Shown here: positions 49,401-59,231 of the stretch, one piece after another
Position numbering within the stretch: position 1 is the stretch's first letter
How the letters are laid out: each line of letters begins with the position of its first letter
Source: Abditibacterium sp.
GTDB lineage: Bacteria > Armatimonadota > Abditibacteriia > Abditibacteriales > Abditibacteriaceae
Length of the DNA: 64,000 nt
Assembly: GCA_965246885.1 (NCBI GenBank)
Contig: OZ251992.1
Location: forward strand, 2,272,001-2,336,000
Direction of reading: 5' to 3'
Notes under the pieces: model-generated
Seen by the model: the letters and a program-made list of their open reading frames with translations, nothing else
What the model was told of the DNA's origin: nothing
The model's database searches: none
Translations under genes and position numbers: made by a program

Positions 49401-52400
49401 GGTCGCGGGCGGAAGCGCGGCGTGGGCGGCGACGGCGGGTGTGGTCGGGTTACTGTTGTGGCCAACGGCGACGAACATTTTCACGCGCCTGACGACGCGG
49501 CCCGAATCGCTCATTCGCGCGCGCCACGAAATCCGGCGCGGCTTGGTGCGCGCGGGCGTCGAAGCGTCGTTCTTGCTGCATCGCTCCGGGCTGTGCTTGG
49601 ACGCGATGTCGCGCGCGCTGTTTCGCGCCAAGGTGTCGCGCAAGTTGCTGCTCGAATGGCAAACCGCCGCTTCGACGTATGGCGGCGCGCGGACGCAGCA
49701 AAGCGCGTTCATCCTCAAAATGGCGGGCGGCTCGGCTTTGGCGGGCGTAGTAGCGACGTTTCTGGCGCTTCAAGGCGGAAGCGCCCTCTTGCCCGCGTCG
49801 CCGTTTCTGCTCGCGTGGGCGATTTCACCGATGGTCGCGCTGTGGCTCGCCGGTGGGAAAAAGACGCTCCAACTGCGCGAAGCGTCGCCCGCCGACGAGA
49901 AGTATCTGCGCCCCATCGCGCGCGAAACGTGGCGCTACTTCGATGACTTCGTCGGGCCGCAAACCAACTGGCTGCCGCCCGACAACTACCAAGAAGCCCT
50001 CAACGTCGAAATCGCGCAACGCACCTCGCCCACCAACATCGGTCTGTGGATGCTGGCGTGCGTCGCGGCGCACGACTTCGGCTGGCTGACGCTGGACGAA
50101 GTGGCCAATCGCAACCTCGAAACGCTCAAAACGCTGGACGAATTGGAGAAATACGAGGGGCACCTGCTCAACTGGTATCACTCCGGCACGACCGAGGCGC
50201 TTCGCCCGCGCTACGTTTCGACGGTGGATTCCGGCAACTTGCTCGGCAGCCTGTGGACGCTCGCGCGCTCGATGAAAGAACTCTACCGCGCGCCTTTGTT
50301 CGACGCCAAAGCCCTCGCGGGGTTGGCGGATGTCGCCGATTTGTTGGAGCGCGCCCTCGGCGAAGAGCGGAAATCATTCGATTCGGAGTTGGCGGAGGTG
50401 CGCCGGGTGTTGGCGCACGCCCCGCAAACGCCCAGCGAGGTCGTTGCATCGTTGCGCGCCCTCGAAAAACCAGTCAGCGCCCTCTCTCGCGCGCTCGCGC
50501 TACGCCCGACGAAGCGGCAATCGAGCTTGCGGGCGCGTTCCAACCTCGAAGCGGCGACCTCAGACCCGCGCTTTTCGATTGCTCCACCCGCCTATTGGGG
50601 CGCGCAGTTGGACACGCAACTGGAACTGTGGGCGCAAACCGCCGCGCGCTACGGGCGCTGGTTAGAGTTGCTCGCGCGCCCCGCCGACGAGTTCCTGCTG
50701 TCGCTGGGCGGAGATGCGGCGCAAGTGCGGCGCGACATTTTGGCGCTGTCGCCGTCGTTGGTGCAACTGGCGGGCGGACAGGTCGCGGGATTGGAAGCGT
50801 TCCTTTCGCGCGGCGAAGCGGAGGGCATCCCCGCCGAAGTTGCAAAGTGGACACGCGATGTGCGCGAAGAGTGGAACCGCGCGCGTTGGCTGGCGGGCGA
50901 GATGCTGGCCGACTGCGAAGCCGTCGTTGACCGCGCGCGCGGATTGGCCGATGGCATGGGCATGGGCTTCCTCTATGACCCGGCGCGCAAGCTGTTCTCG
51001 ATTGGCTTCAACGTGGACGACCGCCGTTTGGACGGCTCGCACTACGACCTACTCGCGTCGGAGTGCCGCCTCGCCTCGTTCTGCAGCGTCGCGCGCGGCG
51101 ACGTGCCGCCCGACCATTGGATTGCGTTAGGACGCCGCTTCGGGCAGACACCGGCGGGCGCGGCGCTAATGAGTTGGAGCGGCACGATGTTCGAGTATCT
51201 GATGCCGATGCTGTTCCAGCGCGCCTTCGACAACTCGCTCCTCCAGAACGCCGTGCAAGTCGCGGTCGGCGCGCAAATCAGCTACGGGCAAGCGCGCGGC
51301 GTGCCTTGGGGCATCTCGGAAGCGGCGTTCTCGGCCTTAGATGCCAACAACATCTACCAATACAAAGCGTTCGGCTGCCCCGGATTGGGCCTCAAGCGCG
51401 GCTTGGAAGATGACTTAGTCGTGGCTCCGTATGCGACGCTGATGGCCCTCATGGTCGCGCCCGACGCGGCGCTTGCCAACCTGCGCAAGTTGGAAGCGAT
51501 GGGCTTACGCGGCGATTACGGCTTCTACGAGTCGGTGGACTTCACGCGCGAGCGGCTGGAAGAGGACTCGCTTGTCTCGGCGACCGAAGGTGAGACGGCG
51601 CGGGCGGGCGGACGCGGCGCGGGGCTGGGCAAGCGCGGCGCGATTGTGCGTTGCTTCATGGTTCACCATCAGGGTATGGCGCTGCTGGCGATGCAAAACG
51701 TCTTGTGCGGCTGGCCGGTGCAGCGCCGCTTCCATTCCGATGCTTTTGTCGAGGCCGCCGAGCCGCTTCTGTTCGAGAAAATCCCCGACGCCGCGCCCGT
51801 CATCGAGTCGGCTGTCACGCTTGAAGCGCGCCCGACGCGCGTGGACTTCGGCGGGCCGACGACCGAGCGCACCATTGCTCCCGACACGCCCGCGCCGCGC
51901 GCGCACTTGTTGGGCAACGAGGGGATGAACACGATGATTACGGCGGCGGGCGGCGGCACCACGCGCTGGCGCGACACCGAACTTGTGCGCTGGCGCAGTG
52001 ACACCACGCGCGACAACTGGGGGTCGTTCGTGTATCTGCGAGACTTGGAAACGGGCGTGAGTTGGTCGGCGACGCACCAACCGATGCAGCGCGTCGCGCA
52101 AAGGAGCGCGGTGCGCTTTCGCGCCGAAAAAGCCGAGTTCGAGCGGCGCGGCGTCAACATCGAAACGCGCTTGGAGGTGTGCGTCTCGCCCGAAGACGAC
52201 GCGGAAGTGCGGCGCCTCACGCTCGTCAATCATTCGAGCCGCGCCCGCGAAGTGGAAATCACCACCTTCGCCGAACTGTCGCTCGCGCCACACGCCGCCG
52301 ACCGCGCGCACCCGGCGTTCAACAAGCTGTTCATCCAAACCGCCCTCGTTCCCGAACGCGAGGCGCTTTTGGCGTGGCGCCGTCCGCGAAAAACGGGCGA

Positions 52401-55400
52401 CAAAGTTGTATGGGCCGCGCACCAGATGGCCTCGAACGTCGCCGCGACCAAGGTCGAATTCGAGACTGACCGCGCCCGCTTTTTGGGGCGCGGCAGGGGC
52501 AACGACAACCCGGTCGCGCTTGAAGGCGAACTGAGCGGCACGGCGGGCGCGGTTCTCGACCCCTGCTTTTCGCTGCGGCGCCGCGTTGTGTTGCAACCGG
52601 GACAGCGCGTGTTGGTCGCGTTCGTGCTGGGCGCCGCCGAGGACGAAGACGGCGTGCGCCGCTTGGTGGACAAATACGCGGACTTTGGCGCCTGCGAGCG
52701 CGCCTTCGACCTCGCTTGGACGCACTCGCAATTGGAACTGCGCCACTTGCAAATCACCTCCGACGACGCGGCGGCGTTTCAGCAATTAGCCGGGTATCTG
52801 CTCTTCCCGCACGCTGCCCTGCGCGCGCCCGCCAAGCGCGTGCGCGAGAATCACAAGGGGCAAAACGGCTTGTGGGCGTATGGCATTTCGGGCGATCTGC
52901 CCATCGTCGTGGTCGCCGTTGACAATGCGCGCGACCTGCCCGCCGTGCGACAAGCGATTATGGCGCACACCTTTTGGCGCGTGCGCGGCCTCCAGTGCGA
53001 CCTCGTCATTCTCAACGAGCAAGCGGGCGGCTACGCGCAGGACTTGACGCAAACGCTGCAAAAGCTGGTTGCGTCCTCCACGCCCTACACCGGAAGCGAA
53101 AAGCCGGGAGGCGTGTTCTTGCGCACCGTTGATACCGTGTCGCCGGAAGATTTGACGCTGCTTTATGCCGTCGCGCGCGTGGTGCTGGTGGCGGCGCGCG
53201 GCACGCTCGCGCAGCAGTTGGGCGCCATCAACGACGACGCCGAAACGTTGCCGCGCTTTGTCGCCTCAGCCAAAGAAGCGCCGGAAACCGCGCTTGCGCT
53301 CCCGTTTTTGGAACTCCCGTACTTCAACTCGCTGGGCGGCTTCACCCCCGACGGGCGGGAGTATGCCATCTACCTTGGCCCGAAAGCGCAAACGCCCGCG
53401 CCTTGGATCAACGTCTTTGCGCATCCGCACTTCGGCGCGGTCGTGTCGGAATCGGGTCAAGGCTTTTCGTGGTTTGGCAACTCCCAGTCGAACCGTCTCA
53501 CGCCTTGGAGCAACGACCCGGTATCGGATACGCCCGTCGAAGCGATTTATCTGCGCGACGAAGAAACCGGCGCGTATTGGACGGCGACGCCACTTCCCAT
53601 CCGTGAGACTGAAGCCTACCGCGCGCGGCACGGCCAAGGCTACTCGACGTTTGAACACTCGTCGCACGGCATCGAACAGGAACTCACGCAGTTCGTTCCG
53701 CTCGGCTTGAACGCCGCGTTTCCGATGGGCGAGCCACCCGTGAAAGTCTCGCGCCTCAAACTTCGCAACCGCTCGAATCGCAAGCGGCGTTTAACGCTCA
53801 CCTTCTACGCGGAGCTTGTATTGGGCACGACGCGCGAGGAGAATCAGATGCACGTCGTGTCGAGTTGGGACACCGAAGCCAAGGCGCTGCTCGCGCGCAA
53901 CGCTTACAATCTTGACTTCGCCGCTCGCGTGGTGTTCGCGGCGGCGTCGGTGGAGCCGCTCGCTCATTCCGGCGACCGCGCGGCGTTCTTGGGGCGCAAC
54001 GGCAACCCCGCCGCGCCCGCCGCCATGCGCCGCAAAACCTTGTCCGAAAAGACCGGCGCGGGCCTCGACCCGTGCGCGGCGTTGCAAGTCAGCGTTACGC
54101 TCGCGCCCGGAGAAGAACAAACGCTCTCCTTCTTGCTCGGCGAAGCGGAGAGCGTCGAGGAAGCGCGGGCGGTCGTGGCGATGCTCCGCGATTCTTCCTC
54201 GGTCGAGCGCGCTTTGATGGACACGAAGAACTTCTGGGACGACACGCTCGGCATTATCGAAGTTGAGACGCCCGACCAAGCCGTCAACTTCCTGCTCAAT
54301 CGCTGGCTGCCTTACCAAACGCTCGCCTGCCGCATCTGGGCGCGCTCGGCGCTTTATCAGTCCGGCGGCGCGTGGGGTTTCCGCGACCAGTTGCAAGATT
54401 CGCTCGCAATGGCGACGCTGCGCCCGTCCGTGACGCGCGAGCAGATTTTGCGCTCAGCGCGTCAGCAATTTGAGGAAGGCGACGTGCAACACTGGTGGCA
54501 CCCGCCCGGAAACGCGGGCGTGCGCACGCTCATCACCGACGACCTGCTGTTCCTGCCCTACGCCGTCGCGCACTACGTTCACACGACGGGCGACGCGAGC
54601 ATTTTGGATGAGCAAGTCCCGTTTCTGCAAGCCGATGTCTTAGGGCCAGAAGAACACGAGAAGTATTTCCAGCCGCAAATCTCGCCCGAATCGGCGACGA
54701 TTTTCGAGCATTGCCGCCGCGCCATCGAGAAAGGTTCGACGCACGGCGCGCACGGTTTGACGCTCATTGGCGGCGGCGACTGGAACGACGGACTCAACCG
54801 CGTCGGCATTGAAGGCAAGGGTGAATCTGTCTGGCTGACGTGGTTTATCGCCCGCGTCCTGCGCGATTTCGCGCCGGTTTGCGAACTGAAGGAGCAAGCC
54901 GAACTCGCGCAAACCTACCGCAAGCGCGCCGATGCTTATGTGCAATCCATCGAAAGCGGCGCGTGGGACGGCGAGTATTATCGGCGCGGCTACTTCGACG
55001 ACGGCACGCCGCTTGGCTCGCACGAATCGGAAGAAGCCAAAATTGACTCGCTCCCGCAAAGCTGGGCCTTGATTACTGGCGGCGGCGATCCCGCGCGCGC
55101 AAAGCAAGCAATGGCGTCGCTCGAAACGCACCTCATTAAGAAGGATGACAAGTTGGTGCTGCTCTTCACGCCCGCCTTCGACAAGACGACGCACGACCCC
55201 GGCTACATCAAAGGCTACTTGCCGGGGGTGCGCGAGAACGGCGGGCAATACACGCACGCCGCGTGCTGGGTCGCCTACGCCTACGCCAAGTCGGGTCAGG
55301 GCACCAAAGCCGTCGAAACGCTGCGCCTCTTGAACCCCGTCGAACACGCGCGCACGCCCGACGCGCTCAACCGCTACAAAGTCGAACCCTACGTCGTCGC

Positions 55401-55746
55401 GGCGGACGTGTATAACCTCGAAGGCCACGTCGGGCGCGGCGGCTGGACGTGGTATACGGGCAGTTGCGGCTGGATGTATCGCGCGTGGATCGAGGGCGTT
55501 TTAGGCTTCGACCGACGCGGCGACAAACTGCAAATCAACCCGTCGCTCCCGCCCGACTGGAAGACCTGCCGCCTCACCTACCGACACGGCCAAACCCCCT
55601 TCATCATCGAAATAGACAACCCGCAAGGCGTCGAATCCGGCGTCACGTCCATCGAAATGGACGGCGCGGATTTGGAAGGTTTGGAGATTCCGCTCGCGGA
55701 TGACGGCGCAACGCACCGGATTGTGGTGCGGATGGGGAAGGAGTAG
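46408..55746 (+). CDS. ndvB: Cyclic beta-1,2-glucan synthase (NdvB/ChvB/Cgs-like, GT84 plus GH94) with N-terminal extension
   Basis: EWLLDN, ELWA-P-MLR, MGWERKRGKL, TLDADT, SHDLIEG, RWIRGDWQ, TSPTNIG, SWSGTMFEYLMP, GFRDQLQD, GDWNDG, RENGGQYTH. Confidence 0.93.
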   Translation: MLQQSSILAFFGDAQGARAAFESVSRAGFRQVVLVSKVLETSGDSKNTVASFKVSRPPSVAPVLAGVGAAVGLGAAQLAPVPRALKPALTGALAVIGGGVGFVAGSAWSGGLPESLVEENRAFLAAGESLVIVRANPADLRAARELLRGEGEGGPVIFLERGDAHRFNTSRAPLRRDVLGTDALRELAQTLGDKHKTAAPPSSLSANAFLLTRLKQNGRIIARVAQGLGEATRLGQPVSLSTEWLLDNNYIVRAQIKDVERNLTPKFYGELPVIGEGQYKGVPRLYVLASELIAASDSRLDREHLLDFVHAYQSRTPLSTGELWALPLMLRLALVENLRRLTAQADVRQRERERADFWSNRLLSAAYREPDQLLPLLAQLTKEQTALAPHFADRLVSHLFDEEAALGPVRAWLERKLDAPLSEITSREQRRQAADSISVGNVITTLRFLNNLDWRECFEQLSLVDAILGQDPAGVYRSMDFATRDRYRGQVEKIARRAKTDELRVATLAIERAASASMERMRRAASSHGEREHDALIYQPPGHVGFYLIDEGREAFTRELGYSKTPASRARRWVRNYPGVWYFGGIAVGTVAAMTILARAARVLGAGLPLPLRLLSILPSSEVAVQLVNYAATRVLPPRPLPKMEFRQGVPAKWKTAVVIPMLLGSVQDAADACRQIELHYLSDPDAQFQFALLADYVDAQTPQTPDDEPRLRRAVEGIEYLNAHYGPQFHLFIRDRKWSETEERWMGWERKRGKLEEFNRALLGKGGRCSDELHEVTGDPAGLRDTRFVVTLDADTQMPFGAARRLVETLAHPLNRPVVNLKESGVERGYGIIQPRVDTMLPSAMATRFSRLFSDASGSDPYTHVVSDVYQDAFGEGSYHGKGIYDLEVFERVLGARFPDATLLSHDLIEGAHVRAGVASDIVLLDRFPPNYLASAKRDHRWIRGDWQIADWVGSQIPARDGRGANPLSLLNRWKIADNLRRSLLAPASVALLFGGWVAGGSAAWAATAGVVGLLLWPTATNIFTRLTTRPESLIRARHEIRRGLVRAGVEASFLLHRSGLCLDAMSRALFRAKVSRKLLLEWQTAASTYGGARTQQSAFILKMAGGSALAGVVATFLALQGGSALLPASPFLLAWAISPMVALWLAGGKKTLQLREASPADEKYLRPIARETWRYFDDFVGPQTNWLPPDNYQEALNVEIAQRTSPTNIGLWMLACVAAHDFGWLTLDEVANRNLETLKTLDELEKYEGHLLNWYHSGTTEALRPRYVSTVDSGNLLGSLWTLARSMKELYRAPLFDAKALAGLADVADLLERALGEERKSFDSELAEVRRVLAHAPQTPSEVVASLRALEKPVSALSRALALRPTKRQSSLRARSNLEAATSDPRFSIAPPAYWGAQLDTQLELWAQTAARYGRWLELLARPADEFLLSLGGDAAQVRRDILALSPSLVQLAGGQVAGLEAFLSRGEAEGIPAEVAKWTRDVREEWNRARWLAGEMLADCEAVVDRARGLADGMGMGFLYDPARKLFSIGFNVDDRRLDGSHYDLLASECRLASFCSVARGDVPPDHWIALGRRFGQTPAGAALMSWSGTMFEYLMPMLFQRAFDNSLLQNAVQVAVGAQISYGQARGVPWGISEAAFSALDANNIYQYKAFGCPGLGLKRGLEDDLVVAPYATLMALMVAPDAALANLRKLEAMGLRGDYGFYESVDFTRERLEEDSLVSATEGETARAGGRGAGLGKRGAIVRCFMVHHQGMALLAMQNVLCGWPVQRRFHSDAFVEAAEPLLFEKIPDAAPVIESAVTLEARPTRVDFGGPTTERTIAPDTPAPRAHLLGNEGMNTMITAAGGGTTRWRDTELVRWRSDTTRDNWGSFVYLRDLETGVSWSATHQPMQRVAQRSAVRFRAEKAEFERRGVNIETRLEVCVSPEDDAEVRRLTLVNHSSRAREVEITTFAELSLAPHAADRAHPAFNKLFIQTALVPEREALLAWRRPRKTGDKVVWAAHQMASNVAATKVEFETDRARFLGRGRGNDNPVALEGELSGTAGAVLDPCFSLRRRVVLQPGQRVLVAFVLGAAEDEDGVRRLVDKYADFGACERAFDLAWTHSQLELRHLQITSDDAAAFQQLAGYLLFPHAALRAPAKRVRENHKGQNGLWAYGISGDLPIVVVAVDNARDLPAVRQAIMAHTFWRVRGLQCDLVILNEQAGGYAQDLTQTLQKLVASSTPYTGSEKPGGVFLRTVDTVSPEDLTLLYAVARVVLVAARGTLAQQLGAINDDAETLPRFVASAKEAPETALALPFLELPYFNSLGGFTPDGREYAIYLGPKAQTPAPWINVFAHPHFGAVVSESGQGFSWFGNSQSNRLTPWSNDPVSDTPVEAIYLRDEETGAYWTATPLPIRETEAYRARHGQGYSTFEHSSHGIEQELTQFVPLGLNAAFPMGEPPVKVSRLKLRNRSNRKRRLTLTFYAELVLGTTREENQMHVVSSWDTEAKALLARNAYNLDFAARVVFAAASVEPLAHSGDRAAFLGRNGNPAAPAAMRRKTLSEKTGAGLDPCAALQVSVTLAPGEEQTLSFLLGEAESVEEARAVVAMLRDSSSVERALMDTKNFWDDTLGIIEVETPDQAVNFLLNRWLPYQTLACRIWARSALYQSGGAWGFRDQLQDSLAMATLRPSVTREQILRSARQQFEEGDVQHWWHPPGNAGVRTLITDDLLFLPYAVAHYVHTTGDASILDEQVPFLQADVLGPEEHEKYFQPQISPESATIFEHCRRAIEKGSTHGAHGLTLIGGGDWNDGLNRVGIEGKGESVWLTWFIARVLRDFAPVCELKEQAELAQTYRKRADAYVQSIESGAWDGEYYRRGYFDDGTPLGSHESEEAKIDSLPQSWALITGGGDPARAKQAMASLETHLIKKDDKLVLLFTPAFDKTTHDPGYIKGYLPGVRENGGQYTHAACWVAYAYAKSGQGTKAVETLRLLNPVEHARTPDALNRYKVEPYVVAADVYNLEGHVGRGGWTWYTGSCGWMYRAWIEGVLGFDRRGDKLQINPSLPPDWKTCRLTYRHGQTPFIIEIDNPQGVESGVTSIEMDGADLEGLEIPLADDGATHRIVVRMGKE

Positions 55747-55874
55747 GCTCAAGTAAATGAAAGCGCGCTCCGTCTCGATGAAAATGGAGCGCTCTTTTCG
55801 CCAACACTGAGCGGTGACCTTGCCAGAAAAGTGGCGGCTGGAACTGTCACTCCGCTCTCACATCACACTTTGGC

Positions 55875-56714
55875 TCACGGCTTGTCTGGCCGAGGGTCTG
55901 GCTTCCACTCTCCTTTGCGAATCTTCTCCGCGTAGATATGATTGACGCGAATCAGACCAGCCATGTCTTTTCGATCCTCCGCCGCATCGGGCGTGTTAGG
56001 CCGTAGTTGCAGATATCTTTGTATCGCGGCGGTGTCCTTGTAAATAGCACTCAAGTCATCGCCAGAAGTCCATTGTCCTGAGTAGGCTTGGGACAAGACA
56101 CGATATGCGCGATAATCATTGGGATGCTCTTTGGCGAATCGCAGCGCATAAACCAAACCGCGTTTGCGCGAGGCGCGCGTTGAATGATCCCCTGCCAAAA
56201 TACGTGCGTAGAAAACTTTGACCGGATAATCGTCTGGTTTACGCTGTAGCAGCCGCTCGGCCAGTCCCAAGAAGCGAACTGACTTCTCCTCACGCACCTC
56301 GATAAGGAAGCGCAAGTGCATCGTTTCGTAGTTGGGCGGTAGACCCACTTTGTGCAAGCGTTTGAGCAGTGGATACGACAAAAACCGCTGCTCCAGAATA
56401 GTCGCCGTCTCCTTCTGCGCCTCGTTGCTGGCGTAGGCCCAACGGTAGAGCGCCACGCGGTCAAGCGGCTTTCTCTCATACGCTTGTTGCAGTTGCCGGG
56501 ACAACGCGGCCAAGGCGTTGGAGTTTTTGGCTGCTGCGACTTTAGCCTCCATCTCTTTGCGCGCTTTGGTGAAGGGCGCTTCGCTGGTATTCCACTTCTT
56601 CTTAGCCCAGTCGTGGTAGGAGGCTTTTAACTCGTCGGGGATGCCGGGAGCGATTTCTTGCCCGTGTGCTGTGCCGAGAGCGACAAGCAGGAAGAATAAA
56701 GATGTATGCTTCAT
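55875..56714 (-). CDS. Secreted TPR-like helical protein, coupled to the upstream gene
   Basis: ATGA overlap at 56711-56714; signal peptide ending AHG; LLQRKPDD, AKEHPND, YLQLRPN TPR-like turns. Confidence 0.72.
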   Translation of the reverse strand: MKHTSLFFLLVALGTAHGQEIAPGIPDELKASYHDWAKKKWNTSEAPFTKARKEMEAKVAAAKNSNALAALSRQLQQAYERKPLDRVALYRWAYASNEAQKETATILEQRFLSYPLLKRLHKVGLPPNYETMHLRFLIEVREEKSVRFLGLAERLLQRKPDDYPVKVFYARILAGDHSTRASRKRGLVYALRFAKEHPNDYRAYRVLSQAYSGQWTSGDDLSAIYKDTAAIQRYLQLRPNTPDAAEDRKDMAGLIRVNHIYAEKIRKGEWKPDPRPDKP

Positions 56715-58783
56715 TGTTTGTCCTTTCCGGGGGTTCGCAAATCTTCGTAAAGCCCGATAGCTGCCTCTTCGGTCGGTTGAGCTACTGCCTTTTTATCGAG
56801 AGCAACAAAACCCGAAGGGTTGAATTGGTCGCCTTTATATAAGGTGATCTCGTATTCATCGTAGAGGTAAAGGTGCTTGAGACGGCACTCCTCAAATAGC
56901 GAATCAGGCGGCACTAAAACCCCTACTGCTGGGTATTTTTGTTGAACCTTCTTGGCGATGTCGAACATACCGGAGATGTTCTGTGTAGCCGAGTTGACGC
57001 CTTGGTTTGGGTGCCAGTTATCATCCGCAAGTTTGGCCGCCGCCGCTAAAGTTTTGAACCACGGGGTCTTGACAAACTTGGCAGCAGTGTCCAGTGACTT
57101 AGCGCCAAATTGAGCAGCTGCGTCTACGTCTCCCAACAAAACCGACCGCTTATCGCACGTTGCAGGGGTGCCATCGGCTTTGATGTTCTGGCTGGCTCCC
57201 ACACTCATTGTGTCTGGATTGAAGTCGTAGAGGACATACGAGATTTTCTTGTCTCCGTAAGGCTCGTAGTTCTCGTAGTCCTCATGCCAGTTGACCGTGT
57301 AGGTGTTAACCAATGGAGGCACGGTAGGTAGAGGCGGCATCCTTGTGCCAGCGAGCTTCTCTCCGACTTCGACTTTGAAAGTGGATTTCTTGATCCTCAG
57401 TCCGTCATCTTTGCCCAGATATATCCCACTGACGTCCACCGTTTGAGGAAGCTGTCTGATGTTATCCCACCAACTGTTGCTCTCGTCATTCGCATTGACG
57501 CTGACATTGAGATCTACCTTGCTCTGATCTTTTTGAAGCTCGTCCGACGTTGCAAATTGTGGAGTTCCACCTTGCAAGCTCCATTTGTATTGGGGAGACA
57601 AAAAGCCTTCAGCATTGGCTGTATATCTCCCTCTGCCATAGCTGTCTGTCTTTGTGTAATCGAGTGGAGATAAAAGATCCCCAAGCGATGGTTGTGCGTC
57701 TCGATACAGTTGGAGATATGTGCTATGCACATCTATCGAGCCATCAGAATTCCGTTGGCATTGAATGGCGTAAGTGCCAGTCTTTTCATCAGCCCACAGC
57801 ACGGGGCGTCCGGCTCCTTTGTCCATTAACCGGTTGCCCGCCGCGTCCGTTTGGAAGCTACCATCAGGGTTCTTCAAGTAGCAGTAGTCCGGCAGAGGGT
57901 TCTGTGGGAAAGCTGGCCCCACCGCCGAGAACTTATAGTAGCTGGGCTCGATGTCGGAGGTAATCCACAGTTGGTGCGGGTCGATGTCGTAGTGAGGGAT
58001 GACGCACACCGAAGCGTATGTCTTGTCTCCCTGCAGACCCCCATCATAATCAGGGTCAGGATACCTGCCCATCGTGACGCGGCAAGTGGCGCTCACGGGC
58101 GGCATGGGATACGTCACATACAACGAACCGTCGGTGGCGGTGACGCCCTTGGATGTGGGCGTGGCCCCTTGGGTGGAAAGGGTCAAGTAGCTGATGGGGG
58201 TCGCGGCATAGCTGAAGAACTGCGTATACGGGGAGGGGCTGGTCAGCTTCTGCGCGTGAGTCGAGTCCGAGTAGCTCTTGCCGCCCGGGGCCGCCACGCG
58301 AGTGGTCAAGGTGACGCTTCCGGGCGTGCCAGTCAGTGCGGATCCGTTGTAGCCCTTTGGATCGCCCAAGTCCAGCCGGGCGCCCGTGCCTATGGCCTCT
58401 TGCCAGAACCAAACGCCCACAAACGGCGGAATCTTCTCGCCTTTGGCCGAGGGCGTCCAGCGCAGCACGAGGGTGTAGCTCCCGGCGGTGCTGGCCGTTT
58501 GCGTTTGGCCCATATCGAGCGGCCCGCTCCCCGAGCCGTGCGCGTCGGAACTGTCACTATCGCCTTCGGTCGAGTTCTGCCAGACATAGACATGACCCTG
58601 TGTCTCGCCTTGGCCCGCGCTACGAGCGCTTTGCCCGTTGTGATCCAGCGAGATGGCCCAGCCGCCCGCGTGGGCCAAGGGCGCGTTCATCAACAAACTA
58701 CCTGACGCGACAGACGCCGCAAGCGCCCAACGGCCCAACAACAAGGGCGAGCGCGGCGCGCTCTTGTGGTTGCGATTTTTCAT
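56711..58783 (-). CDS. Large secreted beta-rich hypothetical protein (cassette 2); start reassigned to 58783
   Basis: MKNRNHK..LGRWALAA..AHA signal peptide; 690-aa open frame; 3' half lower GC. Confidence 0.8.
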   Translation of the reverse strand: MKNRNHKSAPRSPLLLGRWALAASVASGSLLMNAPLAHAGGWAISLDHNGQSARSAGQGETQGHVYVWQNSTEGDSDSSDAHGSGSGPLDMGQTQTASTAGSYTLVLRWTPSAKGEKIPPFVGVWFWQEAIGTGARLDLGDPKGYNGSALTGTPGSVTLTTRVAAPGGKSYSDSTHAQKLTSPSPYTQFFSYAATPISYLTLSTQGATPTSKGVTATDGSLYVTYPMPPVSATCRVTMGRYPDPDYDGGLQGDKTYASVCVIPHYDIDPHQLWITSDIEPSYYKFSAVGPAFPQNPLPDYCYLKNPDGSFQTDAAGNRLMDKGAGRPVLWADEKTGTYAIQCQRNSDGSIDVHSTYLQLYRDAQPSLGDLLSPLDYTKTDSYGRGRYTANAEGFLSPQYKWSLQGGTPQFATSDELQKDQSKVDLNVSVNANDESNSWWDNIRQLPQTVDVSGIYLGKDDGLRIKKSTFKVEVGEKLAGTRMPPLPTVPPLVNTYTVNWHEDYENYEPYGDKKISYVLYDFNPDTMSVGASQNIKADGTPATCDKRSVLLGDVDAAAQFGAKSLDTAAKFVKTPWFKTLAAAAKLADDNWHPNQGVNSATQNISGMFDIAKKVQQKYPAVGVLVPPDSLFEECRLKHLYLYDEYEITLYKGDQFNPSGFVALDKKAVAQPTEEAAIGLYEDLRTPGKDKQ

Positions 58784-58858
58784 GGGATGCGCGCCGCGTT
58801 TTTCGGCGTCCCTTTGATCTACCAAATCAATGTTAATGAGGTTTTAAGTTGGCCCCTT

Positions 58859-59220
58859 ATTTTTCTCGTCAAATACCTCTTTTTCCTGCGCAAATATGGA
58901 AAGCGCCGCGCGAAATCCGTATTTCCGCGCTCTAAATCTATGTTTACCCGCGTCGAATCTGTATTTACCCCGAAGAAATACAGACTTGGCGCGGCAAAAT
59001 ACGGATTTCTTTCGGCCAAATCCCGATTCCGCTCAAGCAAATACATAAGGCGTGAGGGGATGGTTAGAGCGAAGCCTCACCCGACTGAGGGAGCGATTCA
59101 TCCAGTTCGGGCGAACGCTTCGCCCGCCCGTGTGGACGATCAATGGTGCCGTGCCGACGACTGATACAACCGTGTCGACGGCTCGCCCGGTCGGGTGAAT
59201 CGTTCGCCCATGTCGGCGGG
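58859..59220 (+). repeat. Highly degenerate 21-nt-period array (family C, two sub-blocks)
   Basis: Nine units 58859-59047 with (a/g)aat at unit positions 13-16, most starting ttt; then units such as cgatcaatggtgccgtgccga / cgactgatacaaccgtgtcga. Confidence 0.75.
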
Positions 59221-59231
59221 CGGGTTGGTGG

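Noticed and set aside
55762..55862. Two imperfect hairpins between ndvB and cassette 2 as a terminator or ncRNA
   Set aside because: Stems are mismatched and U-tracts short; not enough support to call.
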